A stretch of 64,000 bases of DNA, taken from the NCBI GenBank assembly GCA_002269645.1, contig NIVC01000990.1, forward strand, positions 186,001 to 250,000, given 5' to 3'. Positions 24,106 to 49,100 of this stretch are shown in pieces (the first letter of the stretch is position 1; each line of letters starts with the position of its first letter). Source of the DNA: Macrostomum lignano (taxonomy: Eukaryota). The position numbers were made by a program, and so were the translations under genes. Under the pieces are notes generated by a model. It ran no database searches. It was not told the DNA's origin and saw only the letters and a list, made by a program, of their open reading frames with translations.

Positions 24106-25262
24106 TCTTAATACTAAAGATGAAAATCATACTGTAGGTATTTCAATACACCTCCTAGACTGTTGGACCAAAATTTATCAAACTTGCACCATTTGATTGG
24201 AAATTTTTACGTGACTATGCATGACTATTTTGATTCTTGAGATTCACAAAGATGGCCCTTTAAAGTTGAGAAAACCTGCTTTTTGCCTATGCTTTCAGTG
24301 TATTTTTGCTCGCAGTCAGAGCCAACTATGACTCGGGCCATAGACTAAAAACATCTTTGTTTGATCCTTCATCTCTTTATTCGTCTTTGTATTTGTATAT
24401 ATTGAAATCCTTCGTTTTGTTGATCCACATGACATGCAAATCTATTCGTCCGTTGAATTAACTGGCTTTGTTATGCCGAAAAGGAAAAGAAACCTAAATC
24501 ACAGAATAGTAGTAGACTTGCGAAGCCACAACTGGGGGATGCTTGCTGTGGGCTGCTTGCTGTCTGGGGGATGCTTGCTGTCTGGGGGATGCTTGCTGTC
24601 TGAGGATGCTTGCTGTCTGGGGGATGCTTGCTGTGGGCTGCTTGCTGTCTGGGGATGCTTGCTGTCTGGGGGATGCTTGCTGTGGGCTGCTTGCTGTCTG
24701 GGGATGCTTGCTGTCTGGGGGATGCTTGCTGTGGGCTGCTTGCTGTCTGGGGATGCTTGCTGTCTGGGGGATGCTTGCTGTGGGCTGCTTGCTGTCTGGG
24801 GATGCTTGCTGTCTGGGGGATGCTTGCTGTGGGCTGCTTGCTGTCTGGGGATGCTTGCTGTCTGGGGGATGCTTGCTGTGGGCTGCTTGCTGTCTGGGGA
24901 TGCTTGCTGTCTGGGGGATGCTTGCTGTCTGGGGCATGCTTGCTGTCTTGGGGATGCTTGCTGTGGGCTGCTTGCTGTCTGGGGATGCTTGCTGTCTGGG
25001 GCATGCTTGCTGTCTGGGGGATGCTTGCTGTCTGGGGGGATGCTTGCTTTCTTGGGGATGCTTGCTATCTGGGGATGCTTGCTATCTTGGGAATGCTTGC
25101 TATCTTGTGGATGCTTTCTGTCTGGGGAATGCTTGCTGTCTGGTGGATGCTTGCTGTCTGGGGGGATGCTTGCTGTCTGGGGGGATGCTTTCTGTCCAAG
25201 GGGTTCAACGGGAAACGGAAGTTATGTTTAAGCCCCCCCCCAAAGGGGGGCTACATGGCTAG
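24106..25262 (+). mobile_element. Putative non-autonomous Helitron-like element B (1157 bp) with internal minisatellite
   Basis: Starts TCTTAATACTAAAG. Ends with hairpin AGCCCCCC-CCCAAA-GGGGGGCT (25231-25252), ACATGG and CTAG (25259-25262), followed by T. Confidence 0.55.
24530..25195. repeat. Minisatellite GGGATGCTTGCTGTCTG(G) with GCTGTGGGCTGCTT variant
   Basis: Tandem array with a higher-order period of about 53 bp. Confidence 0.93.
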
Positions 25263-25397
25263 TAAAAGACTAAAATTAATAATACGAGCTAATAAAATAT
25301 GCTAATAGTATGAGACTAAGCCTTTTTTGATTTGGTATTCAAAACATCTCCCCACGCAACTTCTGCGAGTGGGCTTACAAACCAACCCAGTCACAGG

Positions 25398-26435
25398 ATG
25401 ATGTACTTTGAAGACTACATGGAAATGATTGAAGGCCTGCCTCAGGAGGTGCTAGAGAAGCTCACGCAGATCCGGCAGTGCGATTTAGCCCTAGACAATA
25501 CTCTGCAACCATTGGGCGCGAGAATCGCCGCCCTGTTTGCTCGCCGTTGTCAACTGGCCGCCAATGCCAACGATCCGAGCGTGACAGCTTCTGATGACGC
25601 TAACGGCGATCAGGAGTACGCTGACATCTGCGAGGAGTTCGCCAAGGCCAGGGGGCACTCAGATGAGAAGCTTCAACTGGCCAAACAGCTGCTGGAAACT
25701 GTCAGCCGCCTGAAGCGCAAACTCGGCATGGAGGTGGAAAAGTTCAAGCTCGAACTCGAGGCCGATCACGCCGGGGTCACCAGCAGCATCGAGGACCGGC
25801 TGCTTCGCGAAGAGGATCTTCGGCATCACCGTCAGCAGCAGAGCCTGCTGTCTGCTGCTGCAGTCACTAACGGCCATCACGACGCTGCCCTGGCCTCCTT
25901 GGTTGGACCGGACTCTCCGGCGAATTCTTCGACAGCCGCTTCCGCTGCTGCCGCCGCCACAATGGCCGTCGCTGGTCACCGCAGACCGCACAGTCCGCTA
26001 TCCAGCGTCGGGAGCTCCTTCGGCGACGTAGCCACCCCTCTGCGCAGAGGCGGCGGCGGTGGCGGCGGGGGCCTGAAGCGAAATCGAACTTCTTTCTTCT
26101 CCGGCCTTGAGCAGCCGTCGCTGTCCTCCGAATTCGACCAGTCTGCCGCCGTAGTTGGCGGCGCCTCCTCCGACTCGCTGGTTGCCGCATTCCTTAGCGA
26201 CGTCGGGCTTGACGAAGCCGCCGCAGGGGGTGTAGGCGGCCTATCTGGCGAGGACAACAGTCGCTACTGCATCTGCCACGACGTCTCGCACGGCGAGATG
26301 ATCGCCTGCGAGAATCCCGCCTGCCCGTTTGAATGGTTCCACTTTGCCTGCGTTGGATTGACGGTGGCGCCTAGGGGCTCCTGGTACTGTCCGAGGTGCA
26401 AGTCGGCCGGGGTGAAACGGCAGCGGCTCAAGTGA
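25398..26435 (+). CDS. ING3: Inhibitor of growth protein 3 (ING3), intronless, 345 aa
   Basis: N-terminal [15 protein letters not shown] and [14 protein letters not shown] (ING3-type); C-terminal [49 protein letters not shown]; AATAAA near 26480. Confidence 0.93.
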   Translation: MMYFEDYMEMIEGLPQEVLEKLTQIRQCDLALDNTLQPLGARIAALFARRCQLAANANDPSVTASDDANGDQEYADICEEFAKARGHSDEKLQLAKQLLETVSRLKRKLGMEVEKFKLELEADHAGVTSSIEDRLLREEDLRHHRQQQSLLSAAAVTNGHHDAALASLVGPDSPANSSTAASAAAAATMAVAGHRRPHSPLSSVGSSFGDVATPLRRGGGGGGGGLKRNRTSFFSGLEQPSLSSEFDQSAAVVGGASSDSLVAAFLSDVGLDEAAAGGVGGLSGEDNSRYCICHDVSHGEMIACENPACPFEWFHFACVGLTVAPRGSWYCPRCKSAGVKRQRLK

Positions 26436-26519
26436 CCAAGCGGGAAGCTGATTGGCCCAGTGCTTGTATAGTATTTTTAAATAAAGTTAGTCAGTTGCTA
26501 ATAGGGTGGGGTTTGGACA

Positions 26520-26548
26520 GTCTGGCAGGGCCAGACAGACTGGCAGAG

Positions 26549-26582
<34 letters not shown>

Positions 26583-26682
26583 GGGCAGACAGACTGGCAG
26601 AGAGACAGACAGATAGACAGACAGACAAACAGACAGGGGCAGACAGACTGGCAGACAGACAGACAGGAGCAGACAGACTGGC

Positions 26683-26714
<32 letters not shown>

Positions 26715-26762
26715 TGGCAGACAGACAGACAGACAGACAGACAAGCAGACAAGCAGACAGAG
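26520..26762. repeat. (GACA)n-based compound microsatellite
   Basis: Direct reading. Confidence 0.9.
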
Positions 26763-27440
26763 AAACTAGGACACACTAAGAGAGACAGCCAGACGAAAAA
26801 AATTAAGGACTGGCAGACGTGAATATTTACATTACAGACAGACAGACACTGCGATGCACACTTAAATGTATTCTGTTACAAGCTATATTGTTTTAAATTG
26901 CTACCAATAAGTATATTGTGGGCATTGAAGAATATTCAGTGATTTTATTTGGCTCCGCAAGTTCTGTTGTGTTTTGTGTTCAGTGCATTATTCAGAAACA
27001 TTGTACTGCAGACACTGTCTTAAAAGTACGTCACAGTTGTACTTTGATTAGAATTTGCATACCCTGCTGGCAATCATTGTGCTAATCAATTAATCAATAA
27101 GTTAAACTATATAATAATAACATTTGTTGCATTTTGCTCTTAATTTGTAGCTAGCTAATGTACTCGTAATTCATATAAGTTGGCTGATTACAACTACTGT
27201 CCTAAAATATAAAATCTATTGTAAATTTCATAATTGTAATTGTATAGCTCTACTGTCTCCAATTTTCTCAGTCTCTCATGTTTTTGACTCTGTCTGAACT
27301 GAAAGTAAAGTTGAATTTTACGTAATTCGCTAGCATGACTACTAATTTGTCGGCGTTTGTTTACAAAATGATTATCCAAAATTGTTTATTGAAATCTTTT
27401 TTATTGAAAATTAGGCCTTAGTTAAGCTTAGTTGACCACT

Positions 27441-27914
27441 GAGAGTCATCCAGTGAATCTCACTCAACCCCAGAGAGAGTCATCCAGTGAATCTCACTCA
27501 ACCCCAGAGAGAGTCATCCAGTGAATCTCACTCAACCCCAGAGAGAGTCATCCAGTGAATCTCACTCAACCCCAGAGAGAGTCATCCAGTGAATCTCACT
27601 CAACCATTGAGAATGAAGCAGTGAATCTCACTCAACCATTGAGAATGAAGCAGTGAATCTCACTCAACCATTGAGAATGAAGCAGTGAATCTCACTCAAC
27701 CATTGAGAATGAAGCAGTGAATCTCACTCAACCATTGAGAGAATCACCCAGTGAATCTCACTCAACCATTGAGAATGAAGCAGTGAATCTCACTCAACCA
27801 TTGAGAGAATCATCCAGTGAATCTCACTCAATCACTGAGAATCAAGCAGTGAATCTCACCCAATCCCTGAGAATCAAGCAGTGAATCTCACCCAATCCCT
27901 GAGAATCAAGCAGT
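27441..27914. repeat. 34/32-bp minisatellite (CAGTGAATCTCACTCAACC core)
   Basis: Tandem array ending about 30 nt before the first ACK acceptor. Confidence 0.92.
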
Positions 27915-27942
27915 GAAGCATATTTATCGCATCTTCCGGCAG

Positions 27943-38560
<10,618 letters not shown>

Positions 38561-38569
38561 AGTGAAATT

Positions 38570-39460
38570 CTGACGATGAGATAAAATCTGATGAGATATA
38601 ATCGGATGAGATAGAATCTGATGAGATAAAATCCGATGAGGTAAAATCTGATGAGATAGAATCTAATGAGATAGAATCTGATGAGATAGAATCCGATGAG
38701 ATAGAATCGGATGAGATAGAATCCGATGAGATAGAATCGGATGAGATAGAATCTGATGAGATATAATCGGATGAGATAGAATCTGATGAGATATAATCGG
38801 ATGAGATAAAATCGGATAAGATAGAATCTGATGAGATAGAATCTGATGAGATAAAATCCGATGAGATAGAATCTGATGAGATAAAATCCGATGAGATAGA
38901 ATCCGATGAGATAGAATCTGATGAGATAGAATCCGATGAGATAGAATCTGATGAGATAGAATCCGATGAGATAGAATCCGATGAGATAGAATCTGATGAG
39001 ATAGAATCCGATGAGATAGAATCCGATGAGATAGAATCGGATGAGATAGAATCTGATGAGATAGAATCCGATGAGATAGAATCGGATGAGATAGAATCCG
39101 ATGAGATAGAATCTGATGAGATAGAATCTGATGAGATAAAATCCGATGAGATAGAATCGGATGAGATAGAATCCGATGAGATAGAATCTGATGAGATAGA
39201 ATCCGATGAGATAGAATCTGATGAGATAAAATCCGATGAGATAGAATCTGTTGAGATAGAATCTGATGAGATAGAATCCGATGAGATAGAATCCGTTGAG
39301 ATAGAATCTGTTGAGATAGAATCTGATGAGATAGAATCCGATGAGATAGAATCTGTTGAGATAGAATCTGATGAGATAGAATCCGATGAGATAGAATCTG
39401 TTGAGATAGAATCTGATGAGATAGAATCCGATGAGATAGAATCCGTTGAGATAGAATCTC
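38570..39460. repeat. 15-bp minisatellite GATGAGATAGAATCT/C directly after the ACK stop codon
   Basis: Tandem array. Confidence 0.95.
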
Positions 39461-40134
39461 ACAGACTGATAAATATGTAAGGATTATGTGTGAAATATGT
39501 AATAGCGTTAGATATGCTTTTATTTCTCTCGCCCGCATTTGCTGATCAAAAATAGATTTGCAACTCTGCTTTCACAAGCGCCTATGTTCTTGCAATTGCG
39601 TGCGTGTGGGGTGGCGGTGCGTTCTCCAGCTTGCTAGCTGTCGTGGAGGACAAACTTTTACTCGTTATATTGTTGTCCGTTGGTTAATTATCAAACGGCA
39701 TTTGTTGCATATATGACTACTACTACTTGGCTATTATCAGTAGTCTGTATGAACCATGCAAGTGTAAAATGATAATTGCATGAAATTTTGCAACCCCCGC
39801 TATACAAAATGCTGCTTTTATTACCTTCGTATTGAAACCTGTTTTTGCCTGGTGTTAAATGGGTCAGTCATTATCAACTATATGAAATATATTACTTAAT
39901 TGCTACGATTGTGCTTCTAATGACCAGATATCCAGATTAATTGCCAGAATATGCACCTGCTATGACCTAAATGGTAAAATGGTAAAATTAATAAACTGAG
40001 TAACGGAGTGGACCAGACTAAACTTTCCCATTCTCCACACTGAATACGGCTTCTTTAACAGTGCTGTTTCGTGCATTTTTGCACCTAGCTGATTCAGGTC
40101 ATTTATCCTTCAGATTCTACTCTCTTTCTCGGCT

Positions 40135-43100
40135 TTGAGAATCGCCCACAACCCCAACCCAGGAGAATCGCCCCCAACCCATGAGAATCACCCGCAACCC
40201 ATGAGAATCACCCCCAACCCAGGAGAATCGCCCCCAACCCAGGAGAATCGCTCCCAACCCAGGAGAATCGCCCCCAACCCATGAGAATCACCCCCAACCC
40301 AGGAGAATCGCCCCCAACCCAGGAGAATCGCCCCAACCCAGGAGAATCGCCCCCAACCCATGAGAATCACCCCAACCCAGGAGAATCGCCCCCAACCCAG
40401 GAGAATCGCCCCCAACCCATGAGAATCGCCCCCAAACCAGGAGAATCGCCCCCAACCCAGGAGAATCGCCCCCAACCCAGGAGAATCGCCCCCAACCCAG
40501 GAGAATAACCCCAACCCAGGAGAATCGCCCCCAACCCATGAGAATCGCCCCCAACCCAGGAGAATCGCCCCCATCCAGGAGAATCGCCCCCATCCAGGAG
40601 AATCGCCCCCATCCAGGAGAATCGCCCCCAACCCAGGAGAATCGCCCCCCAACCCAGGAGAATCGCCCCCCAACCCATGAGAATCGCCCCCAACCCAGGA
40701 GAATCGCCCCCAACCCAGGAGAATCGCCCCCATCCAGGAAAATCGCCTTTAACCCAGGAGAATCGCCTTTAACCCAGGAGAATCGCCCCCATCCAGGAGA
40801 ATCGCCTTTAACCCAGGAGAATCGCCCCCATCCAGGAGAATCGCCTTTAACCCAGGAGAATCGCCTCCATCCAGGAGAATCGCCTTTAACCCAGGAGAAT
40901 CGCCCCCAACCCAGGAGAATCGCCTTTAACCCAGGAGAATCGCCTTTAACCCAGGAGAATCGCCCCCAACCCAGGAGAATCGCCCCCAACCCATGAGAAT
41001 CGCCTTTAACCCAGGAGAATCGCCCCCAACCCAGGAGAATCACCCCCAACCCATGAGAATCGCCCCCAACCCAGGAGAATCGCCCCCAACCCAGGAGAAT
41101 CGCCCCCATTCAGGAGAATCGCCCCCATCCAGGAGAATCGCCCCCATCCAGGAGAATCGCCCCCATCCAGGAGAATCGCCCCCATCCAGGAGAATCGCCC
41201 CCATCCAGGAGAATCGCCCCCAACCCAGGAGAATCGCCCCCATTCAGGAGAATCGCCCCCATCCAGGAGAATCGCCCCCATCCAGGAGAATCGCCCCCAT
41301 CCAGGAGAATCGCCCCCATCCAGGAGAATCGCCCCCAACCCAGGAGAATCGCCCCCCAACCCAGGAGAATCGCCCCCCAACCCATGAGAATCGCCCCAAC
41401 CCAGGAGAATCGCCCCCATCCAGGAGAATCGCCTTTAACCCAGGAGAATCGCCCCCAACCCAGGAGAATCGCCCCCAACCCAGGAGAATCGCCCCCATCC
41501 AGGAGAATCGCCTTTAACCCAGGAGAATCGCCCCCAACCCAGGAGAATCGCCCCCAACCCAGAAGAATCACCCCTAACCCAGGAGAATCGCCCCCATCCA
41601 GGAGAATCGCCTTTAACCCAGGAGAATCGCCCCCCAACCCAGGAGAATCGCCCCCATCCAGGAGAATCGCCTTTAACCCAGGAGAATCGCCCCCAACCCA
41701 GGAGAATCGCCCCCAACCCAGGAGAATCGCCCCCATCCAGGAGAATCGCCTTTAACCCAGGAGAATCGCCCCCAACTCAGGAGAATCGCCCCCAACCCAG
41801 AAGAATCACCCCTAACCCAGGAGAATCGCCCCCATCCAGGAGAATCGCCTTTAACCCAGGAGAATCGCCCCCAACCCAGGAGAATCGCCCCCAACCCAGG
41901 AGAATCGCCCCCAACCAGGAGAATCGCCCCCATCCAGGAGAATCGCCCCCATCCAGGAGAATCGCCCCCATCCAGGAGAATCGCCCCCAACCCAGGAGAA
42001 TCGCCCCCAACCCAGGAGAATCGCCCCCAACCCATGAGAATCGCCCCCAAACCAGGAGAATCGCCCCCAACCCAGGAGAATCGCCCCCAACCCAGGAGAA
42101 TCGCTCCCAACCCAGGAGAATCGCCCCCAACCCAGGAGAATCGCCCCCAACCCAGGAGAATCGCCCCCAAACCAGGAGAATCGCCCCCAACCCAGGAGAA
42201 TCGCCCCCAACCCAGGAGAATCGTCCCCAACCAGGAGAATCGCCCCCAACCCAGGAGAATCGCTCCCAACCCAGGAGAATCGCCCCCAACCCAGGAGAAT
42301 CGCCCCCAACCCAGGAGAATCGCCCCCAACCCAGGAGAATCGCCCCCCAACCCATGAGAATCGCCCCCAACCCAGGAGAATCGTCCCCAACCCAGGAGAA
42401 TCGCCCCCATCCAGGAGAATCGCCCCCATCCAGGAGAATCGCCCCCATCCAGGAGAATCGCCCCCATCCAGGAGAATCGCCCCCAACCCAGGAGAATCGC
42501 CCCCCAACCAGGAGAATCGCCCCCCAACCCATGAGAATCGCCTTTAACCCAGGAGAATCGCTCCCAACCCAGGAGAATCGCCTTTAACCCAGGAGAATCG
42601 CCTTTAACCCAAGAGAATCGCCCCCAACCCATGAGAATCGCCTTTAACCCATGAGAATCGCCTTTAACCCAGGAGAATCGCCCCCAACCCATGAGAATCG
42701 CCTTTAACCCAGGAGAATCGCCCCCAACCCAGGAGAATCACCCCCAACCCATGAGAATCGCCCCCAACCCAGGAGAATCGCCCCCAACCCAGGAGAATCG
42801 CCCCCATCCAGGAGAATCGCCTTTAACCCAGGAGAATCGCCCCCAACCCAGGAGAATCGCCCCCAACCCAGGAGAATCGCCCCCATCCAGGAGAATCGCC
42901 CCCATCCAGGAGAATCGCCCCCATCCAGGAGAATCGCCCCCATCCAGGAGAATCGCCCCCAACCCAGGAGAATCGCCCCCAACCCAGGAGAATCGCCCCC
43001 ATCCAGGAAAATCGCCTTTAACCCAGGAGAATCGCCTTTAACCCAGGAGAATCGCCCCCCAACCCAGGAGAATCGCCTTTAACCCAGGAGAATCGCCCCC

Positions 43101-46100
43101 ATCCAGGAGAATCGCCTTTAACCCAGGAGAATCGCCCCCATCCAGGAGAATCGCCTTTAACCCAGGAGAATCGCCCCCAACCCAGGAGAATCGCCTTTAA
43201 CCCAGGAGAATCGCCTTTAACCCAGGAGAATCGCCCCCAACCCAGGAGAATCGCCCCCAACCCATGAGAATCGCCTTTAACCCAGGAGAATCGCCCCCAA
43301 CCCAGGAGAATCACCCCCAACCCATGAGAATCGCCCCCAACCCAGGAGAATCGCCCCCAACCCAGGAGAATCGCCCCCATTCAGGAGAATCGCCCCCATC
43401 CAGGAGAATCGCCCCCATCCAGGAGAATCGCCCCCATCCAGGAGAATCGCCCCCATCCAGGAGAATCGCCCCCAACCCAGGAGAATCGCCCCCATTCAGG
43501 AGAATCGCCCCCATCCAGGAGAATCGCCCCCATCCAGGAGAATCGCCCCCATCCAGGAGAATCGCCCCCATCCAGGAGAATCGCCTTTAACCCAGGAGAA
43601 TCGCCCCCAACCCAGGAGAATCGCCCCCAACCCAGGAGAATCGCCCCCATCCAGGAGAATCGCCTTTAACCCAGGAGAATCGCCCCCAACCCAGGAGAAT
43701 CGCCCCCAACCCAGAAGAATCACCCCTAACCCAGGAGAATCGCCCCCATCCAGGAGAATCGCCTTTAACCCAGGAGAATCGCCCCCAACCCAGGAGAATC
43801 GCCCCCATCCAGGAGAATCGCCTTTAACCCAGGAGAATCGCCCCCAACCCAGGAGAATCGCCCCCAACCCAGGAGAATCGCCCCCATCCAGGAGAATCGC
43901 CTTTAACCCAGGAGAATCGCCCCCAACTCAGGAGAATCGCCCCCAACCCAGAAGAATCACCCCTAACCCAGGAGAATCGCCCCCATCCAGGAGAATCGCC
44001 TTTAACCCAGGAGAATCGCCCCCCAACCCAGGAGAATCGCCCCCAACCCAGGAGAATCGCCCCCATCCAGGAGAATCGCCCCCATCCAGGAGAATCGCCC
44101 CCATCCAGGAGAATCGCCCCCATCCAGGAGAATCGCCCCCAACCCAGGAGAATCGCCCCCCAACCCAGGAGAATCGCCCCCAACCCATGAGAATCGCCCC
44201 CAAACCAGGAGAATCGCCCCCAACCCAGGAGAATCGCCCCCAACCCAGGAGAATCGCTCCCAACCCAGGAGAATCGCCCCCAACCCAGGAGAATCGCCCC
44301 CAACCCAGGAGAATCGCCCCCAAACCAGGAGAATCGCCCCCAACCCAGGAGAATCGCCCCCAACCCAGGAGAATCGTCCCCAACCCAGGAGAATCGCCCC
44401 CAACCCAGGAGAATCGCTCCCAACCCAGGAGAATCGCCCCCAACCCAGGAGAATCGCCCCCAACCCAGGAGAATCGCCCCCAACCCAGGAGAATCGCCCC
44501 CAACCCATGAGAATCGCCCCCAACCCAGGAGAATCGTCCCCAACCCAGGAGAATCGCCCCCATCCAGGAGAATCGCCCCCATCCAGGAGAATCGCCCCCA
44601 TCCAGGAGAATCGCCCCCATCCAGGAGAATCGCCCCCAACCCAGGAGAATCGCCCCCCAACCCAGGAGAATCGCCCCCCAACCCATGAGAATCGCCTTTA
44701 ACCCAGGAGAATCGCTCCCAACCCAGGAGAATCGCCTTTAACCCAGGAGAATCGCCTTTAACCCAAGAGAATCGCCCCCAACCCATGAGAATCGCCTTTA
44801 ACCCATGAGAATCGCCTTTAACCCAGGAGAATCGCCCCCAACCCATGAGAATCGCCTTTAACCCAGGAGAATCGCCCCCAACCCAGGAGAATCACCCCCA
44901 ACCCATGAGAATCGCCCCCAACCCAGGAGAATCGCCCCCAACCCAGGAGAATCGCCCCCATCCAGGAGAATCGCCTTTAACCCAGGAGAATCGCCCCCCA
45001 ACCCAGGAGAATCGCCCCCAACCCAGGAGAATCGCCCCCATCCAGGAGAATCGCCCCCATCCAGGAGAATCGCCCCCATCCAGGAGAATCGCCCCCATCC
45101 AGGAGAATCGCCCCCAACCCAGGAGAATCGCCCCCAACCCAGGAGAATCGCCCCCATCCAGGAAAATCGCCTTTAACCCAGGAGAATCGCCTTTAACCCA
45201 GGAGAATCGCCCCCATCCAGGAGAATCGCCTTTAACCCAGGAGAATCGCCCCCATCCAGGAGAATCGCCTTTAACCCAGGAGAATCGCCCCCATCCAGGA
45301 GAATCGCCTTTAACCCAGGAGAATCGCCCCCAACCCAGGAGAATCGCCTTTAACCCAGGAGAATCGCCTTTAACCCAGGAGAATCGCCCCCAACCCAGGA
45401 GAATCGCCCCCAACCCATGAGAATCGCCTTTAACCCAGGAGAATCGCCCCCAACCCAGGAGAATCACCCCCAACCCATGAGAATCGCCCCCAACCCAGGA
45501 GAATCGCCCCCAACCCAGGAGAATCGCCCCCATTCAGGAGAATCGCCCCCATCCAGGAGAATCGCCCCCATCCAGGAGAATCGCCCCCATCCAGGAGAAT
45601 CGCCCCCATCCAGGAGAATCGCCCCCAACCCAGGAGAATCGCCCCCATTCAGGAGAATCGCCCCCATCCAGGAGAATCGCCCCCATCCAGGAGAATCGCC
45701 CCCATCCAGGAGAATCGCCCCCATCCAGGAAAATCGCCCCCAACCCAGGAGAATCGCCCCCCAACCCAGGAGAATCGCCCCCAACCCATGAGAATCGCCC
45801 CCAACCCAGGAGAATCGCCCCCATCCAGGAGAATCGCCTTTAACCCAGGAGAATCGCCCCCAACCCAGGAGAATCGCCCCCAACCCAGGAGAATCGCCCC
45901 CATCCAGGAGAATCGCCTTTAACCAGGAGAATCGCCCCCAACCCAGGAGAATCGCCCCCATTCAGGAGAATCGCCCCCATCCAGGAGAATCGCCCCCATC
46001 CAGGAGAATCGCCCCCATCCAGGAGAATCGCCCCCAACCCAGGAGAATCGCCCCCAACCCAGGAGAATCGCCCCCAACCCATGAGAATCGCCCCCAACCC

Positions 46101-49100
46101 AGGAGAATCGCCCCCATCCAGGAGAATCGCCTTTAACCCAGGAGAATCGCCCCCAACCCAGGAGAATCGCCCCCAACCCAGGAGAATCGCCTTTAACCCA
46201 GGAGAATCGCCCCCAACCCAGGAGAATCGCCCCCAACCAGAAGAATCACCCCTAACCCAGGAGAATCGCCCCCATCCAGGAGAATCGCCTTTAACCCAGG
46301 AGAATCGCCCCCCAACCCAGGAGAATCGCCCCCATCCAGGAGAATCGCCTTTAACCCAGGAGAATCGCCCCCAACCCAGGAGAATCGCCCCCAACCAGGA
46401 GAATCGCCCCCATCCAGGAGAATCGCCTTTAACCCAGGAGAATCGCCCCCAACCCAGGAGAATCGCCCCCAACCCAGAAGAATCACCCCTAACCCAGGAG
46501 AATCGCCCCCATCCAGGAGAATCGCCTTTAACCCAGGAGAATCGCCCCCAACCCAGGAGAATCGCCCCCAACCAGGAGAATCGCCCCCATCCAGGAGAAT
46601 CGCCCCCATCCAGGAGAATCGCCCCCATCCAGGAGAATCGCCCCCATCCAGGAGAATCGCCCCCAACCCAGGAGAATCGCCCCCAACCCAGGAGAATCGC
46701 CCCCAACCAGGAGAATCGCCCCCAACCCAGGAGAATCGCCCCCAACCAGGAGAATCGCCCCAACCCAGGAGAATCGCCCCCAACCCAGGAGAATCGCCCC
46801 CAACCCAGGAGAATCGCCCCCAAGAATCCAGGAGAATCGCCCCCAACCCAGGAGAATCGCCCCCAACCCAGGAGAATCACCCCCAACCCAGGAGAATCGC
46901 CCCCATCCAGGAGAATCGCCCCCATCCAGGAGAATCGCCCCCATCCAGGAGAATCGCCCCCATCCAGGAGAATCGCCCCCAACCCAGGAGAATCGCCCCC
47001 AACCCAGGAGAATCGCCCCCAACCCATGAGAATCGCCTTTAACCAGGACAATCGCTCCCAACCCAGGAGAATCGCCTTTAACCCAGGAGAATCGCCTTTA
47101 ACCCAGAGAATCGCCCCCAACCCATGAGAATCGCCTTTAACCCATGAGAATCGCCTTTAACCCAGGAGAATCGCCCCCAACCCAGGAGAATCGCCTTTAA
47201 CCAGGAGAATCGCCCCCAACCAGGAGAATCACCCCCAACCATGAGAATCGCCCCCAACCCAGGAGAATCGCCCCCAACCCAGGAGAATCGCCCCCATCAG
47301 GAGAATCGCCCCCATCCAGGAGAATCGCCCCCATCCAGGAGAATCGCCCCCATCCAGGAGAATCGCCCCCATCCAGGAGAATCGCCCCCAACCCAGGAGA
47401 ATCGCCCCAACCCAGGAGAATCGCCCCCATCCAGGAGAATCGCCCCCATCCAGGAGAATCGCCCCCATCCAGGAGAATCGCCCCCAACCCAGAGAATCGC
47501 CCCTAACCCAGGAGAATCGCCCCCATCCAGGAGAATCGCCTTTAACCAGGAGAATCGCCCCCCAACCCATGAGAATCGCCCCCAACCAGGAGAATCGCCT
47601 TTAACCCAGGAGAATCGCCCCCAACCCAGGAGAATCGCCCCCAACCCAGGAGAATCGCCCCCATCCAGGAGAATCGCCTTTAACCCAGGAGAATCGCCCC
47701 CAGGAGAATCGCCAACCCAGGAGAATCGCCCCCAACCCAGGAGAATCGCCCCCAACCAGGAGAATCGCCCCCAACCCAGGAGAATCGCCCCCAACCCAGA
47801 GAATCGCCCCCAACCCAGGAGAATCGCCCCCATCCAGGAGAATCGCCTTTAACCCAGGAGAATCGCCCCCAACCCAGGAGAATCGCCCCCAACCCAGGAG
47901 AATCGCCCCTCCAGGAGAATCGCCCCCATCCAGGAGAATCGCCTCCAGGAGAATCGCCCCCATCCAGGAGAATCGCCCCCAACCCAGGAGAATCGCCCCC
48001 AACCCAGGAGAATCGCCCCCAACCAGGAGAATCGCCCCCAAACCAGGAGAATCGCCCCCAACCCAGGAGAATCGCCCCCAACCCAGGAGAATCGCCCCAA
48101 CCCAGGAGAATCGCCCCCAACCCAGGAGAATCGCCCCCAACCAGGAGAATCGCCCCCAACCAGGAGAATCGCCCCCAACCAGGAGAATCGCCCCCAACCC
48201 AGGAGAATCGCCCCCAACCCAGGAGAATCGCCCCCAACCAGGAGAATCGCCCCCAACCAGGAGAATCGCCCCCATCCAGGAGAATCGCCCCCATCCAGGA
48301 GAATCGCCCCCAACCCAGGAGAATCGCCCCCAACCCAGGAGAATCGCCCCCAACCCAGGAGAATCGCCCCCAACCCAGGAGAATCGCCCCCAACCAGGAG
48401 AATCGCCCCCAACCCAGGAGAATCGCCCCCAACCCAGGAGAATCGCCCCCATCCAGGAGAATCGCCCCAACCCAGGAGAATCGCCCCCAACCCAGGAGAA
48501 TCGCCCCCAACCCAGGAGAATCGCCCCTAACCCAGGAGAATCGCCCCCATCCAGGAGAATCGCCTTTAACCCAGGAGAATCGCCCCCCAACCCAGGAGAA
48601 TCGCCCCCAACCCAGGAGAATCGCCTTTAACCCAGGAGAATCGCCCCCAACCCAGGAGAATCGCCCCAACCCAGGAGAATCGCCCCCAACCAGGAGAATC
48701 GCCCCCAGGAGAATCGCCCCCAACCCAGGAGAATCGCCCCCAACCCAGGAGAATCGCCCCTAACCCAGGAGAATCGCCCCCATCCAGGAGAATCGCCTTT
48801 AACCCAGGAGAATCGCCCCCAACCCAGGAGAATCGCCCCCAACCCAGGAGAATCGCCCCCATCCAGGAGAATCGCCCCCATCCAGGAGAATCGCCCCCAT
48901 CCAGGAGAATCGCCCCCATCCAGGAGAATCGCCCCCAACCCAGGAGAATCGCCCCCAACCCAGGAGAATCGCCCCCATCCCAGGAGAATCGCCCCCAAAC
49001 CAGGAGAATCGCCCCCAACCAGGAGAATCGCCCCCAACCCAGGAGAATCGCCCCAACCCAGGAGAATCGCCCCCAACCAGGAGAATCGCCCCCAACCAGG

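Noticed and set aside
25332-25397. TTG-started N-terminal extension of ING3 given by the ORF track
   Set aside because: Homology begins at MMYFEDY (ATG 25398); non-ATG starts are not expected here.
27441-27914. CRISPR-like appearance of 32-34-bp repeats (also 58740-59880)
   Set aside because: Units are directly tandem with no unique spacers, there are no cas genes, and the context is eukaryotic.
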